64,000 nucleotides of DNA, taken from Felis catus. Lineage: Eukaryota. Below the pieces are notes generated by a model that was not told where the DNA came from, did not search any database, and saw only the letters and a list, made by a program, of their open reading frames with translations. The translations under genes and the position numbers were made by a program. Location: assembly GCF_018350175.1 (NCBI RefSeq), contig NC_058368.1:90646001-90710000 (forward strand), read 5' to 3'. Numbering within the stretch: position 1 is the first letter of the stretch; the number at the start of each line of letters is the position of its first letter. This document shows, one piece after another, positions 22,166 to 33,375 of this stretch.

Positions 22166-24265
22166 GATTCCCTCCCTATCCCACATCTTCCTTTTTATGC
22201 ATTGACCTGGGGTCCACAAAGTCCCACATACCAAATGGAGGTGAAGCCTTCTTTGATAATTCATCAAATCATCCAAAACATGAAGAGCTTCCAATCTCTC
22301 ATTGCTTTATTGTACTTAGTTAAGGAAACCTAGTCTTGGGGGAGAGGGAAGGTCTCTAGCTCTCTAATGGGTATCCCAAATTTAGAAAGTTATAAATTTT
22401 CCCCTACAAATACATGTAATTATTCTCATCCAGTCTCAATACTCCTCCCTAGGATATACCATTAACTTGATGGACATGTGCCATAAATTAAATAGGCCAA
22501 AACTGTAGCTCCATGTTTTCAATGAAACTGGATTTGAAGTACACATAAACTATGTCTTTTTGTCAAAAAATGTTGTGTTAGCAAAGCTGTAATGAAATAA
22601 GCAACACCTAGGTGTCCCCAACTGTTTTGAGTGTTGTGGTCTAAACATGTAACTAAATGAAAGAATTACAAGTATAATTTTCACTTGATAAGTCTTAGTA
22701 AAGCCTTAAAAATGTGTTTTTACTTTTAAAAATTTATTTATTTTGAGAGAGACAGAGACTGCACGAGTGGGGGAGGGTCAGAGACAGAGGGAAGACTGAG
22801 AATCCCAAGCAGGCTCTACACTGTCGGTGCCGAGCGACTGTTAGGCTCAAACTCACTAAACCATGAGATTATGACCTGAGCTGAACCCAAGAGTCAGCTG
22901 CTTAACCGACCCAGGCACCGCAAGCCTTTAAAAAAAAAAAAAAAGTTTACTTATTTTTGAGAGAGAGTGAGATGGGGATGGGCAGAGAGAGAAGGAGACC
23001 GAGGTCTAGGAAGCAGGGTCTGCACTGACAGTTTGAGCCTGATGTGGGGCTCAGACTCACAAACCATGAGATCATGACCTAAGCTGAAGTGGGATGCTTA
23101 ACTGACTAAGCCACACAGGCACCCCTTGGTAAAAACTTTTTTTAGGGAATCTTTTTTTGGTAACTGATCAGTCTCCTTTATTCTATATCATCCTATTAGA
23201 GTTTTATTATTTTTACACAGGCACTGTGAAATGCTTAAGATATAGATTACTAAATAAAAAAATTAAAAAGAGATCTCAGTACAGAAAATACATTTAATAA
23301 ATTAAAGTAAAAACCAAAGATCTGGGGAGATCCAAGAGAGCAAAACAAGCCTTAACCAAAAACGTCTGGAAATACCCAAGGAACTAGTCTTTTGACCCAT
23401 ATTTTCTTGGCTTCCAGTGACCATATTTAATAATAAGCACATCAGCCAAAAAAGGGCAACAAATAGTTTAATGGTTTAAAAGATAAGCAAATGTATACTT
23501 ATTTTGTACTGTACCAAGTGCTACTTTCAATAGATCCATTAAAATAAATATGTGAGAAATGTTAATAAAAGTGATGGTTGCTCAATCCAAATTAATGTTA
23601 GATATACAGTTTATAGCATTTTATTACTGCTAGTGTTTTAAATCTGTATGGACAAATTCAAGTACTTCAGTAGTTTCTTACACTTTATAGAAAACCTACC
23701 ACAGTTTCAAATGCTTTTCAGCGTAAGTATCTTAAGAAATATCATAAATAATTGTTCGAATGTTAACTAGGTGCTATGGTCCTAAAACAGGCCACTTCCA
23801 AAAAGTCTAATAATTATGGATTATCATAGTAAGGAACTTTTTGAGAAACTTCTTTAATATGGCTGAGTTGTGTCCTTTGCAAGTCAGGTGATTTTCCTTT
23901 GCTTTGAACAAAAAGTAACAAAAAAATAATTTTTGACAATAGATCAGTGTGATTTGGGGCACACAACTTGGAAGGAATTAAAAAACTTGACAACATTACT
24001 ATGACAACATTATTCATTTCTATTTCTTTTTATATGAACCAGGCTTCTCAGGGATCACATCTATAAAAGACCAAAACACAGGAATAAAACTGATGCTGAA
24101 TCCTATCATATTTTATCAGTAAATCACATATTTTCATCTACAGATACATGCTAATGCAAAAAACCAAACCAGCTCATTTAGAGAATAACAAGAAATTATA
24201 TCCTTTTGTCAACTTAGCATTTCTAATTATTTTAATGGTAATTCATTCCAGAAGAAAAATATTTT

Positions 24266-24502
24266 TTTTTTTTTTTTTTTTAATTTTTTTTTTTTTCAAC
24301 GTTTTATTTTTATTTTTGGGACAGAGAGAGACAGAGCATGAACGGGGGAGGGGCAGAGAGAGAGGGAGACACAGAATCGGAAACAGGCTCCAGGCTCTGA
24401 GCCATCAACCCAGAGCCTGACGCGGGGCTCGAACTCACGGACCGCGAGATCGTGACCTGGCTGAAGTCGGACGCTTAACCGACTGCGCCACCCAGGCGCC
24501 CC
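24266..24502 (-). mobile_element. Very young feline Can-SINE in intron 1
   Basis: CpGs largely intact, long tail, perfect 16-bp TSD AGAAGAAAAATATTTT (24250-24265 and 24503-24518). Confidence 0.95.
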
Positions 24503-24739
24503 AGAAGAAAAATATTTTATACACTTAGAGCTTTAGTCACAAGAAAAGTTTACTGAATTTTAATTCATTTACATTTGTTTCTGAAATGTATGATAGAATG
24601 AATAACATTTTTAAAAACACATGGAAGTGGATGGGGCACCTGGGTGGCTCAGGTGGTTTAGTGCCCAACTCTTGATTTTGGCTCATGTCATGATCTCATC
24701 TGAGATTGAGCCCCACAGATGGGGCTCTGTCAGTGCAGA

Positions 24740-24773
<34 letters not shown>

Positions 24774-27406
24774 GCCCCTCCCCTGTTCACACATTCTCTC
24801 TAGATAGATAGATAAATAAATAAATAAATATTAAATAAACAAACATTAAAAAAATATATATATATATGGATGGGACACCTGGGTGGCTCAGTCTGTCAAG
24901 CATCTGACTTCCAGTTCAGGTCATGATCTCATGGCTTGTGGGTTTGAGCCCCATGTTGGGCTCTGTGCTGACAGCTCAGAGCCTGGATCCTGCTTCAGAT
25001 TCTGTGTGTGTGTTTCTCTCTCTGCCCCTCCCCTGTTTGTGCTCTGTCTCTCTCTCTCTCAAAAATAAATAGACGTTAAAAAAAAAAAAAACCATGGAAG
25101 TGAAATGGAAATTCAAGTTCAAGGAATAAAGGGACAATGTACAGTTTTCAGGGGTTCCTGGCTGGCTCAGTCACTAGAGCATGCAACTCTTTTCTTTTTT
25201 TAATTAATTTTGAGAGAGACAGAATGAGAGCAGGGGAAGGGCTGAGAGAGGAGAGAGGGAGAATCCGAAGCAGGTACCAAGGCCAGTGCACAGAGTCCAA
25301 TGAGGGGCTTGAACCCACAAAACCATGAGATCATTACCTGAGCCAAGATCAAGAGTCGCTGCTTAACCCACTGAGCCACCCAGGCACAAGAGCAATGCAA
25401 CTCTTGATCTCAGGGTTGTGAGTTCAAGCCCCATGTTGGGTGTAGAGATTACTTAAAAATAAAAAACTTTAAAAAAATGTAAAGTTTTCAAATAACTTAT
25501 TTATTTTTAAGATGGACAGTAGTGCTTATCAAATCATTTAGATATTTACATACCACTTAAAGAATGATGGATGTAACACTTTTATTTTAAAAAGCCAGTA
25601 CTTAACAATAAGCCAGAAAACATATTACAAACTTTAAAATTATGATGAAGAATTTTATATGTTAGCTTTACAAGCTGAAGATTTTTGGGGGGGGGGCGGT
25701 CATGTGAGAAAAACATGTGAAGACTAGTGTTTTAGGTGATATGAGCTGGAACCCTGTCACCGTTCCTGGGTACATGGCTGGGTCCCATCCATTGTTCTCT
25801 TCATTATTCACCTGTTTCCATTCGTGCTCAAGTCAGAGAGCTAGGCAAAATGTGAAGTGGATCTTTTCTTCCTTTTTAAAATGTTTATTTTTTATAGAGA
25901 GCATGAATGGGGAAGGGGCAGAGAGAGAGGGGGACAGAGGATCTGAAGCAGGCACTGTGCTGACAGCAACGAGCCCAATGTGGGGCTCAAACTCGCGAAC
26001 CGTGAGAACCCGAGCCACCAGGCGCCCCTTTGAGCCATTCCATCTCTCAATTTTAATAGCTTTGTGACTCTAGCCAAGCTGGTCACATCTCTCTAAGCTG
26101 CATTAATAATAGTTCAGCACATCAGCACAACACATGGAACATCACAAAGTTCTACACTTCCTGAATTGCCAAATAAGTGGTGTGTTCAGGGATCCCGAGC
26201 TTGACTCCTGCACAGGGGCCAGGCCTGGAAAAGAAACGAGTGCAGCTCTGGGAATATGAGCTGGAGGGAACCTGTGGCCCAACCTCCAGAGGCAGCTGGA
26301 GATGTTTGTTTTTTAATCTTTAAATTTTTTAAAATGTTTATTTATTTTTGAGAGAGACAGAGACAGAATGCGAGTGGGTTAGGGGCAGAGAGAGAGGGAG
26401 ACACAGAATCCGAAGCAGGCTCCAGGCTCTGAGCTGTCAGCACAGAGCCTGACACGGGGCTCAAACTCACAAGCTGTGAGATCACGACCTGAGCAGAAGT
26501 CGGAGGCTCAACTGACTGAGCCACCCAGGCACCCCTGGAGATCTGGATTTTTATGTAAAGCCTGCAAATTGACTAAAAAATCTTTTTGTGTGTTTTAATA
26601 CCTTTATGTTATGCGGCATGAAAAAAAAAGCAACTTCCAGACACAAATGGCTCAAATGGCTGGCAGCTTGTTGTAACTTTTGGTGTAGAGAGTAAGAACT
26701 CAGAACGGGGAGTGGGCTGTTTGGGGTTTTTTGTTGTTGGCCTCTAAGTTATAGAGAAGTGAGTAGATGCTTTATAAATTTGAGTTCCGGGTAGCCCTTT
26801 GGTGTCTTGAAAGATCTTATAATGCAGTGTGATGAGGAAGAAAACTTTGACACTTTCCCAACTGTCAGGAATTTTCACTCAGCATCTCAAGGGCTAACCT
26901 GAGTTCAACAATGTGGAGTAGAAAAAGTTACTGTGCTTCATTCTAGAAGGAGTGGTACCAGTTGTGGAGGGCCATTTTGACACGTGGAAAATAAAATTGC
27001 CCATGGAAGAAACAGACAAAGGCATAATACATACCACCTGCCCAGTGGCAAATATGTATGTAAATAATTATAAGATTTTGAAAGAGCGCCCTCTTTATTG
27101 GGTACCCACATGCAAGCCATTGTGCTGGACACGTTAGCTCTTAGGAACATGCATACTTTGTCACCCGTCCATTAGGAGAAGGCATTACTCGAACAAGCAA
27201 GATGAAGAACCTGGCGTGTGTCCTGTGGTTTGTGAGAAAACTGCGTGGGGAGATGAAAGCATGCATGACCGCTCACTGAAAGATACGACAGGACTGGGGA
27301 CAGTTCCTGTGCAGGAGGACATACTCTATCTACACTGAATGATCTTTTGCACGGTTTGATTTCTTTTTTATCACCTGCACTCATTACTTAAAACAACAAA
27401 GAACCA

Positions 27407-28055
27407 GGGGCACGTGGGTGGCTCAGTCGGTTGAGCCTGACTTTGGTTCGGGTCATAATCTCACAGTTCATGGGTTCAAGGCCTGCATCAGGCTCACTGC
27501 TGTCGGCGTGAAACCTGCTTTGGATTCTCTGTCCCACTTTCTCTCTGCCCCTCCCCGACTCACACTTTCTCAAAAATAAACATTTATTTTTTTAAATGTT
27601 ATTTTATTTTTTAAATTTTTTTTTCAACTTTTTTTATTTATCTTTGGGACAGAGAGAGACAGAGCATGAACGGGGGAGGGGCAGAGAGAGAGGGAGACAC
27701 AGAATCTGAAGCAGGCTCCAGGCTCTGAGCCATCAGCCCAGAGCCTGACGCGGGGCTCGAACTCACGGACCGCAAGATCGTGACCTGGCTGAAGTCGGAC
27801 GCTTAACCGACTGCGCCACCCAGGCGCCCCAAGTGTTATTTTATTTTTGAGAGAGAGAAAGAGTGCAAGAAGCAGGGGAGGGGCAGAGAGAGAAGGGGAC
27901 AGAAGATCTAAAGCAGGCTCTGTGCTGACAGCAAAGAGCCCAACATGGGGCTCGAACTCACGGGGACAGTGAGATCATGACCTGAGCCAAAGTTGGGTGC
28001 TAAACCGACTAGGCCACAAAAATAACTGCCTCTCAAAAATAAACATTATAAAAAC
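27407..28055. mobile_element. Three nested Can-SINEs (outer +, middle -, inner young - at 27613-27830)
   Basis: Inner TSD AA(A/G)TGTTATTTTATTTTT. CTCAAAAATAAACATT is duplicated around the middle element. Outer TSD AACAACAAAGAAC. Confidence 0.85.
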
Positions 28056-30564
28056 AACAACAAAGAACTGAAACAAGACAACTACACGATCACTATGGCA
28101 TTCTGTGCTAACAGGCCCCACATGGGATAACACTGTAAAACAAGTATTTGAAGCATTCTGCAATAATCCACATTTGCCTTTAACCTAGATCATCAAAAAA
28201 ATTTTTCCCTGGCAGGAGTGCCGCTCACATTCAATTTCTGCTCCTTTGCTGTTCCTCTGAAAAAGCTCTGCCCTCACTGCTTGTGGAAACACATCAAAGA
28301 AAGAAAAAGAGATGAATGAGGTGGCCCTTGCCTGGCCCTGGCTGAAGTGGTGGCCATGGTTTTGTCCTGACCTGCTTTTCTGAAGCCTCTGCAGAGCCTG
28401 CTGCCCAGTGTCCATTTCCTTTTCCCTACCCTCACTCCTGTCCTATCTGATGGCTGCCAATTCTATTACATCCGGGACTGGCCACTCAGTTCCCCACGCT
28501 GCAGCCCTTGGTAAGCCATGTTCCCAACTGGTGCCAGAGCTAAGTGGCAGTTACTCATTTAATATTTTCTTTAACGTGGCTATTTAAAAAAAAAAAAATC
28601 CACGTATACCATGGCATTTTGCTTATAAAGGCATTGAGGCATTTAAGTGTTGTGACTAACAGCATGGTTCAAGACTTGGTTCAAGTCCTGGTCTGTCACT
28701 TTGAAGTTAAATAGGTCAAGTTACTTCTCTTTTATTCAGTTTCCCTCTTTATAACGGGGACAATCACATGGGGCCAGCTACACAGGTGGAAGTATGGAAG
28801 TCAATCTCCCCTTCCTGCGGTACTAAGGGATTGCAATTTCCTGCAGAGATGAAGTCGGTATCTGGTTGGGTGGGCAAGAGGCCCCTCAGTCCTGCCCTGA
28901 GATACGGAGGGCACAACCCCAACCCTCCCTGGACCAGCAGTAGTCATGGAGTGGGGTCAGGGAGGGGTAGGAAGAAGCCCCAGGGCAGCCTGAGTGGGCT
29001 ATGGTGGCTAAGAACCTGTCCCAGGGAGGCTGGGGGACCACACACGAGCCCGGCTCCAAGGCCCCTACATACTTCTTTGTTCCAACGTACTTCACTTAAC
29101 AAAACACACGAAGATGGTAAGAATTTAAAGTACGGGGCACTTCTGAGTAGCTGGATGACCACAATGATCAAAGTCTGCATTAATGCACACTAGGAAGTCA
29201 GTCCTGCTATCACCTAGGGTCTTTATGCAAGTTAAATGAATGAACACAAGTACAGATCTAAGACCTGGCATCTACTAAGCACAATATAAGTGTTGGCTAT
29301 TATTGATAACACTACTATGGATTGAAAACAAGTATTTTTCAAATATGCATTTGTTCAACAAGTATTTATTATTATTCTGTGCTACATGCTATTTTAGGCA
29401 CTGGTACATTTTATTTATCAGTGAACAGCAGACATTTTATTATTTGCTTGCTATGTGATCTCAGATGCCTCCAGAACGACTCATGCCTTGACTTTAGGGA
29501 CTAACCGCCAATGGCTGGGTATACAATCAAACAGTCACAGGTGTGGAGCGCCTGGGTGGCTTAGTCAGTTGAGTGTCGGACTTCGGCTCATGCCATGATC
29601 TCATGGTTTGTGAGTTTGAGCCCCGCATCGGGCACACTGCTGCAAACACAGAGCCCTCTTCAGATCCTCTGTCCCCCTCTCTCTCTGCCCTTGCCCTGCT
29701 CGAGTGCTGTCTCTCTCTCTCTCAAAAATGAACATTAAAAGAACACAAACCCAAGGTGTGTGCAAAGGCAGTGAGCTAGTGGGAACTAGATTGTTGAACA
29801 GGCTCCCTCATTACCTTCTAGTCCTACTTTCCCTTGCAAGAGTCTCAAAAAAAGTCAGTTTTTAAACTTTACTCCTCAATCTTTCTTAACTAGTGAAATT
29901 CTCACAATTCACTATGTTGGTGTCAGTGATGACTTCTACAGCACATTTACCGATAGACAGGAGGGAATCAAGAAACTTCAAAGGCACATCATTAGGATTC
30001 TTAGCAGTACCGTCCTTGGTCAACTGCCCCACAGCACTTTCTATGAAGATGGAACTGAAGTTTTAATTTTAATTTAACATTTAAACATCACATGTGTGTA
30101 GTGGTTACTTTGTTGGTTAGCACGGCTCTAAATACTTGGCTTTATAGGGCTTCCCAAGTCACACCCTTAAATGATATTAATGATATTATGATATAATCAT
30201 TTAGTATTTTCATTCATCTAACATGCTCAAACTCTACTCCAGATAATAAGGGCTGAAAAGGACTATAACAGGTCACTGGGTGAATCAAAAAATCCCTATT
30301 GCACACTCTGGGAAATGGGGTGATTTGTGTCCATCACAAAGCGAGTTGACTCGGCTCGAAGGGAACTATCGCCTCCTGACTTCCTCCTGGGAGCTTTGAC
30401 TCCCGAGTGAGTCGGGATGCGCGGTCACACCCAGAGGCGTGAGCCGGGCAGGCTTTTCGAGGTTTACAGCAGACAGCAGAACTGGATTCAGTTCTCAAGT
30501 ACTTTTAAAATACAGACTACCTTAAACTCGTACATTTTGTTGAAGTCCACCAACGAGAGTAAGG

Positions 30565-30654
30565 AGGTTGTCTGGGGGAATACAATTAGAAGAGTCTCGT
30601 TAGGGGAGTAGGTTGTCTGGGGGAATGCAATTAGAAGAGTCTCGTTAGGGGAGT
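30565..30654. repeat. 45-bp tandem duplication (2 copies, 1 mismatch)
   Basis: AGGTTGTCTGGGGGAAT(A/G)CAATTAGAAGAGTCTCGTTAGGGGAGT at 30565-30609 and 30610-30654. Confidence 0.97.
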
Positions 30655-30789
30655 AGCCCAATCTCAGACCATCCAAATCCACGTTATCTATTTTGATTTG
30701 GCTTGCACGGTATAAAGAAAACAGACGAGCAGTTGGGCGTGCTAACAGGTTGGTTGTGAACAACTCGTCTAACAGGCTAAGTAGGTTCA

Positions 30790-31285
30790 ACTCCCTCGCC
30801 AGCCCGGCTCCACGGCCAGCCACCTGTCCCGCGGGCGCGCGCGGGGCGCGCCCCTCCGCAGCCTACCTGCGCGCGCCGCGCCGTCCGCGCCTCCGTCCGC
30901 ACCTCCCAGTCCCGCGGCCGCGCGCAGCGCGCTCCCGCAGCTTGCCGACAGGTTGCCAGTGGCCTTCCGCGCCAGGGTCAGGATGGGCGCCGACCAGCCT
31001 TCCGGCCCCACCCGCGGCTTGGCCGCGCTCCGCAGCTCGCTAGGGCTAGGCAGCTGGCTTCGGTCCACAATCTCGAACTCTTCTCCCGGCTCCGGTCCCG
31101 GCGCCTGCTCCGGTTCCCGCCCCGCCGGGCAGCCACTTTCCCCGTCGGCCATCTTAGCTGAATCACGTGGCCGCGACGGGCGGAGGACTCGGCGCGGGCG
31201 GATGCGCGGGCGGGTACTCTCCAGCCAACTCTGCCTCCTCGGTTTTTTTTTTTTTTTTTTTTTCCGTTCGCGAAGTTCTTCTTCC
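30790..31285 (-). promoter_or_regulatory. RUFY1: CpG island and main promoter of RUFY1
   Basis: Very GC- and CpG-rich stretch spanning exon 1. Contains an E-box TCACGTGG at 31163-31170, GGGCGG GC boxes near 31178-31213, a YY1-like AAGATGGC overlapping the ATG, and no TATA box. A weaker CpG-rich shoulder extends to about 30340. Confidence 0.9.
30867..31152 (-). CDS. RUFY1: RUFY1 coding exon 1 (N-terminal extension of the long isoform, Rabip4')
   Basis: ATG at 31152 in context AAGATGG. Translates [35 protein letters not shown]...[34 protein letters not shown]...AARA, matching the recalled RUFY1 N-terminus. 286 nt (95 codons + 1), donor GCAG|GTAGG, inside a CpG island. Confidence 0.95.
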
Positions 31286-32246
31286 TCTTCACTGCCCCCC
31301 TTTCCCTTCTTTAACCTTAAAACGGCTCAGAAGAGTACAATTCATAACATAGAAGCACCCCTATTCCCACCAGTCGGGAGGACTTGGGTCCAAAAAATTA
31401 CTCTGGTGTTTTCTCCCCTAACTGGGGTGCCCCCAGCCTGGCATAGAACACAGCCCCTATGGCTTTGGGTTTCTTTGTGACACTATTTCCTCTTTTTAAT
31501 TTTCATTTCATGATTTATTTTTTCTACTTCGTCACTTTTCTGCAGCACTCTTTAGAACAAACCCTAGGAGGACGGGTAAGGAAACGGACAGACAAGGCAG
31601 GAAATCAGGATTTTTATTTAAAGAGCCCCAAAACTATAAGTGACGGGTTGGCAGGACTGGGAATCAGAAGGTCCAGATTCTATTAATTAGTTAACTGGGG
31701 GTAATAAGAGAACCTGCCTGGTTGTTAAATAAAATTTTGCAGAGGGGAGCACATGGCAGACGTTATCAGTTAATGACCAGTGTTAGCCAACTGTGTGGCT
31801 TGGGCAACACATTACCCCCTCGCAGGAAATCACTCCCAGTCTGTTTCTTCACTTGGAAAAGAAGGGAATTTCACTAAATAGGAACATTTCATTAGCATTT
31901 AACACTCTTTGCAAAGTGCCACACATGGGCCTTATCAAACTAGGAGAACCCTGTGTTTGGTTCCCAGAGCGTTTAAATCTTAAATTAAAAAAAAAAAAAA
32001 AATGAAGTTGGGGGCCTGGGTGGCACAGTCGATTGAGCGACCGACTTTGGCTTAGGTCATGGTCTCACTGTTCCTGAGTTCCAGCCCTGCATCACTCTCC
32101 CTGCTGTCAGTGCAGAGTCTGCTTCTGATCCTCTGTCTCCCTCTCTCTCTGCCCCTCTTCAGCTCATGCTCTCTTAAAAATGAAAAAACATTAAAAAAAA
32201 AAATACGAAGTTGTTGCAGATATTTAGAAATTAAAAGATTTGGCAT

Positions 32247-32475
32247 GGGAGCGCCTGGGTGGCTCAGTCGGTTAAGCGACCGACTTCGGGTCAGGTCACG
32301 ATCTGACAGTTCGTGAGTTCGAGCCCCGCGTCGGGCTCTGTGCTGACAGCTCAGAGCCTGGAGCCTGCTTCACATTCTGTGTCTCCCTCTCTGCCCCTTC
32401 CCTGCTCATTCTGTGTCTTTCTCTGTCTCAAAAATACATAAACATTAAAAAAAAAATTAAAAAAAAAAAGAAAAA
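32247..32475 (+). mobile_element. Can-SINE about 1.1 kb upstream of exon 1
   Basis: Full length, with TSD AAAAGATTTGGCAT on both sides. Confidence 0.9.
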
Positions 32476-33340
32476 AAAAGATTTGGCATAAAAACCTGGA
32501 TTTTAGCTCTTTTGAAAAGTTGGAAGCTTTGGCAGCTCAGAGTATAGTCCCTGACGTCAATAAGCAATGGCTTGTCCCTTTAGGAACCCGTTTTCTCCCA
32601 GATGTGTCTGGTCCCTGAAGGCCAGTTGTTTTCTATGGGGAGAGTGGGAATGGTGTTTGAGCTGTCACAGTGATTGGAGGGGATGCTTCTAGTCTTTACT
32701 GGAGTGAACAGGGGAGTCTGGAATACCAAAGAGGGGACCCAGATCCTTCATGACTTTGCAATACACGTGGACATTCATGTAGGTGATCAGAGCCTGGACC
32801 TAATTCCATTTTGCATAAAAACACAAACTCGTTTCAGAAAAATAGTTTTAGCATTTACCAGACTAGGTTATGCTTCAATAACAAAGAACCCCCAAATCTC
32901 AGTGGCTTAATGTACCAGAAGTTTGTTTCTCATCAGGCTCCACTTGGGAACCCAGGCCCTCGGAGGTTGTATGCTTTGTAGCAGAGTTTTTTTTTTTTTG
33001 TTTTTTTTTTTTTTAAGTTTATTTTGAGAGAGTGAGCACACAAGCAGGGGCAGGACAGAGAGAGAGAGGGAGAGAGAGAATCCCAAGCAGGCTCCACGCT
33101 GTAAGGCTGATGTGGGGCTCAAACCCATGAACCATGGGAGCATGATCTGAGCCCAAATCAAGAGTCAGATGCTTAACCAACTGAGCCACCCAGGTGCCCC
33201 TGGAGTAGGGTTTTGCATCAACACTAAATGCCGCAGACCTGACATGATGAACTTCACTTATATACATTTCCCTCTTTTTTTTTTTTTTTTTTTTGAGAGA
33301 CAGGGTGCAAGTGAGTAAGGGGCGGAGAGAGAGAGAGAGA

Positions 33341-33375
<35 letters not shown>

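Noticed and set aside
30565..30654. Direct repeats as a CRISPR-like array
   Set aside because: Two adjacent copies with no spacer, in a mammalian intron. This is a simple tandem duplication.
30953..31480. 175-aa plus-strand ORF opposite exon 1
   Set aside because: Stop-poor CpG-island sequence antisense to a real exon. It runs through the T21 tract as poly-Phe and shows no homology I recognise.
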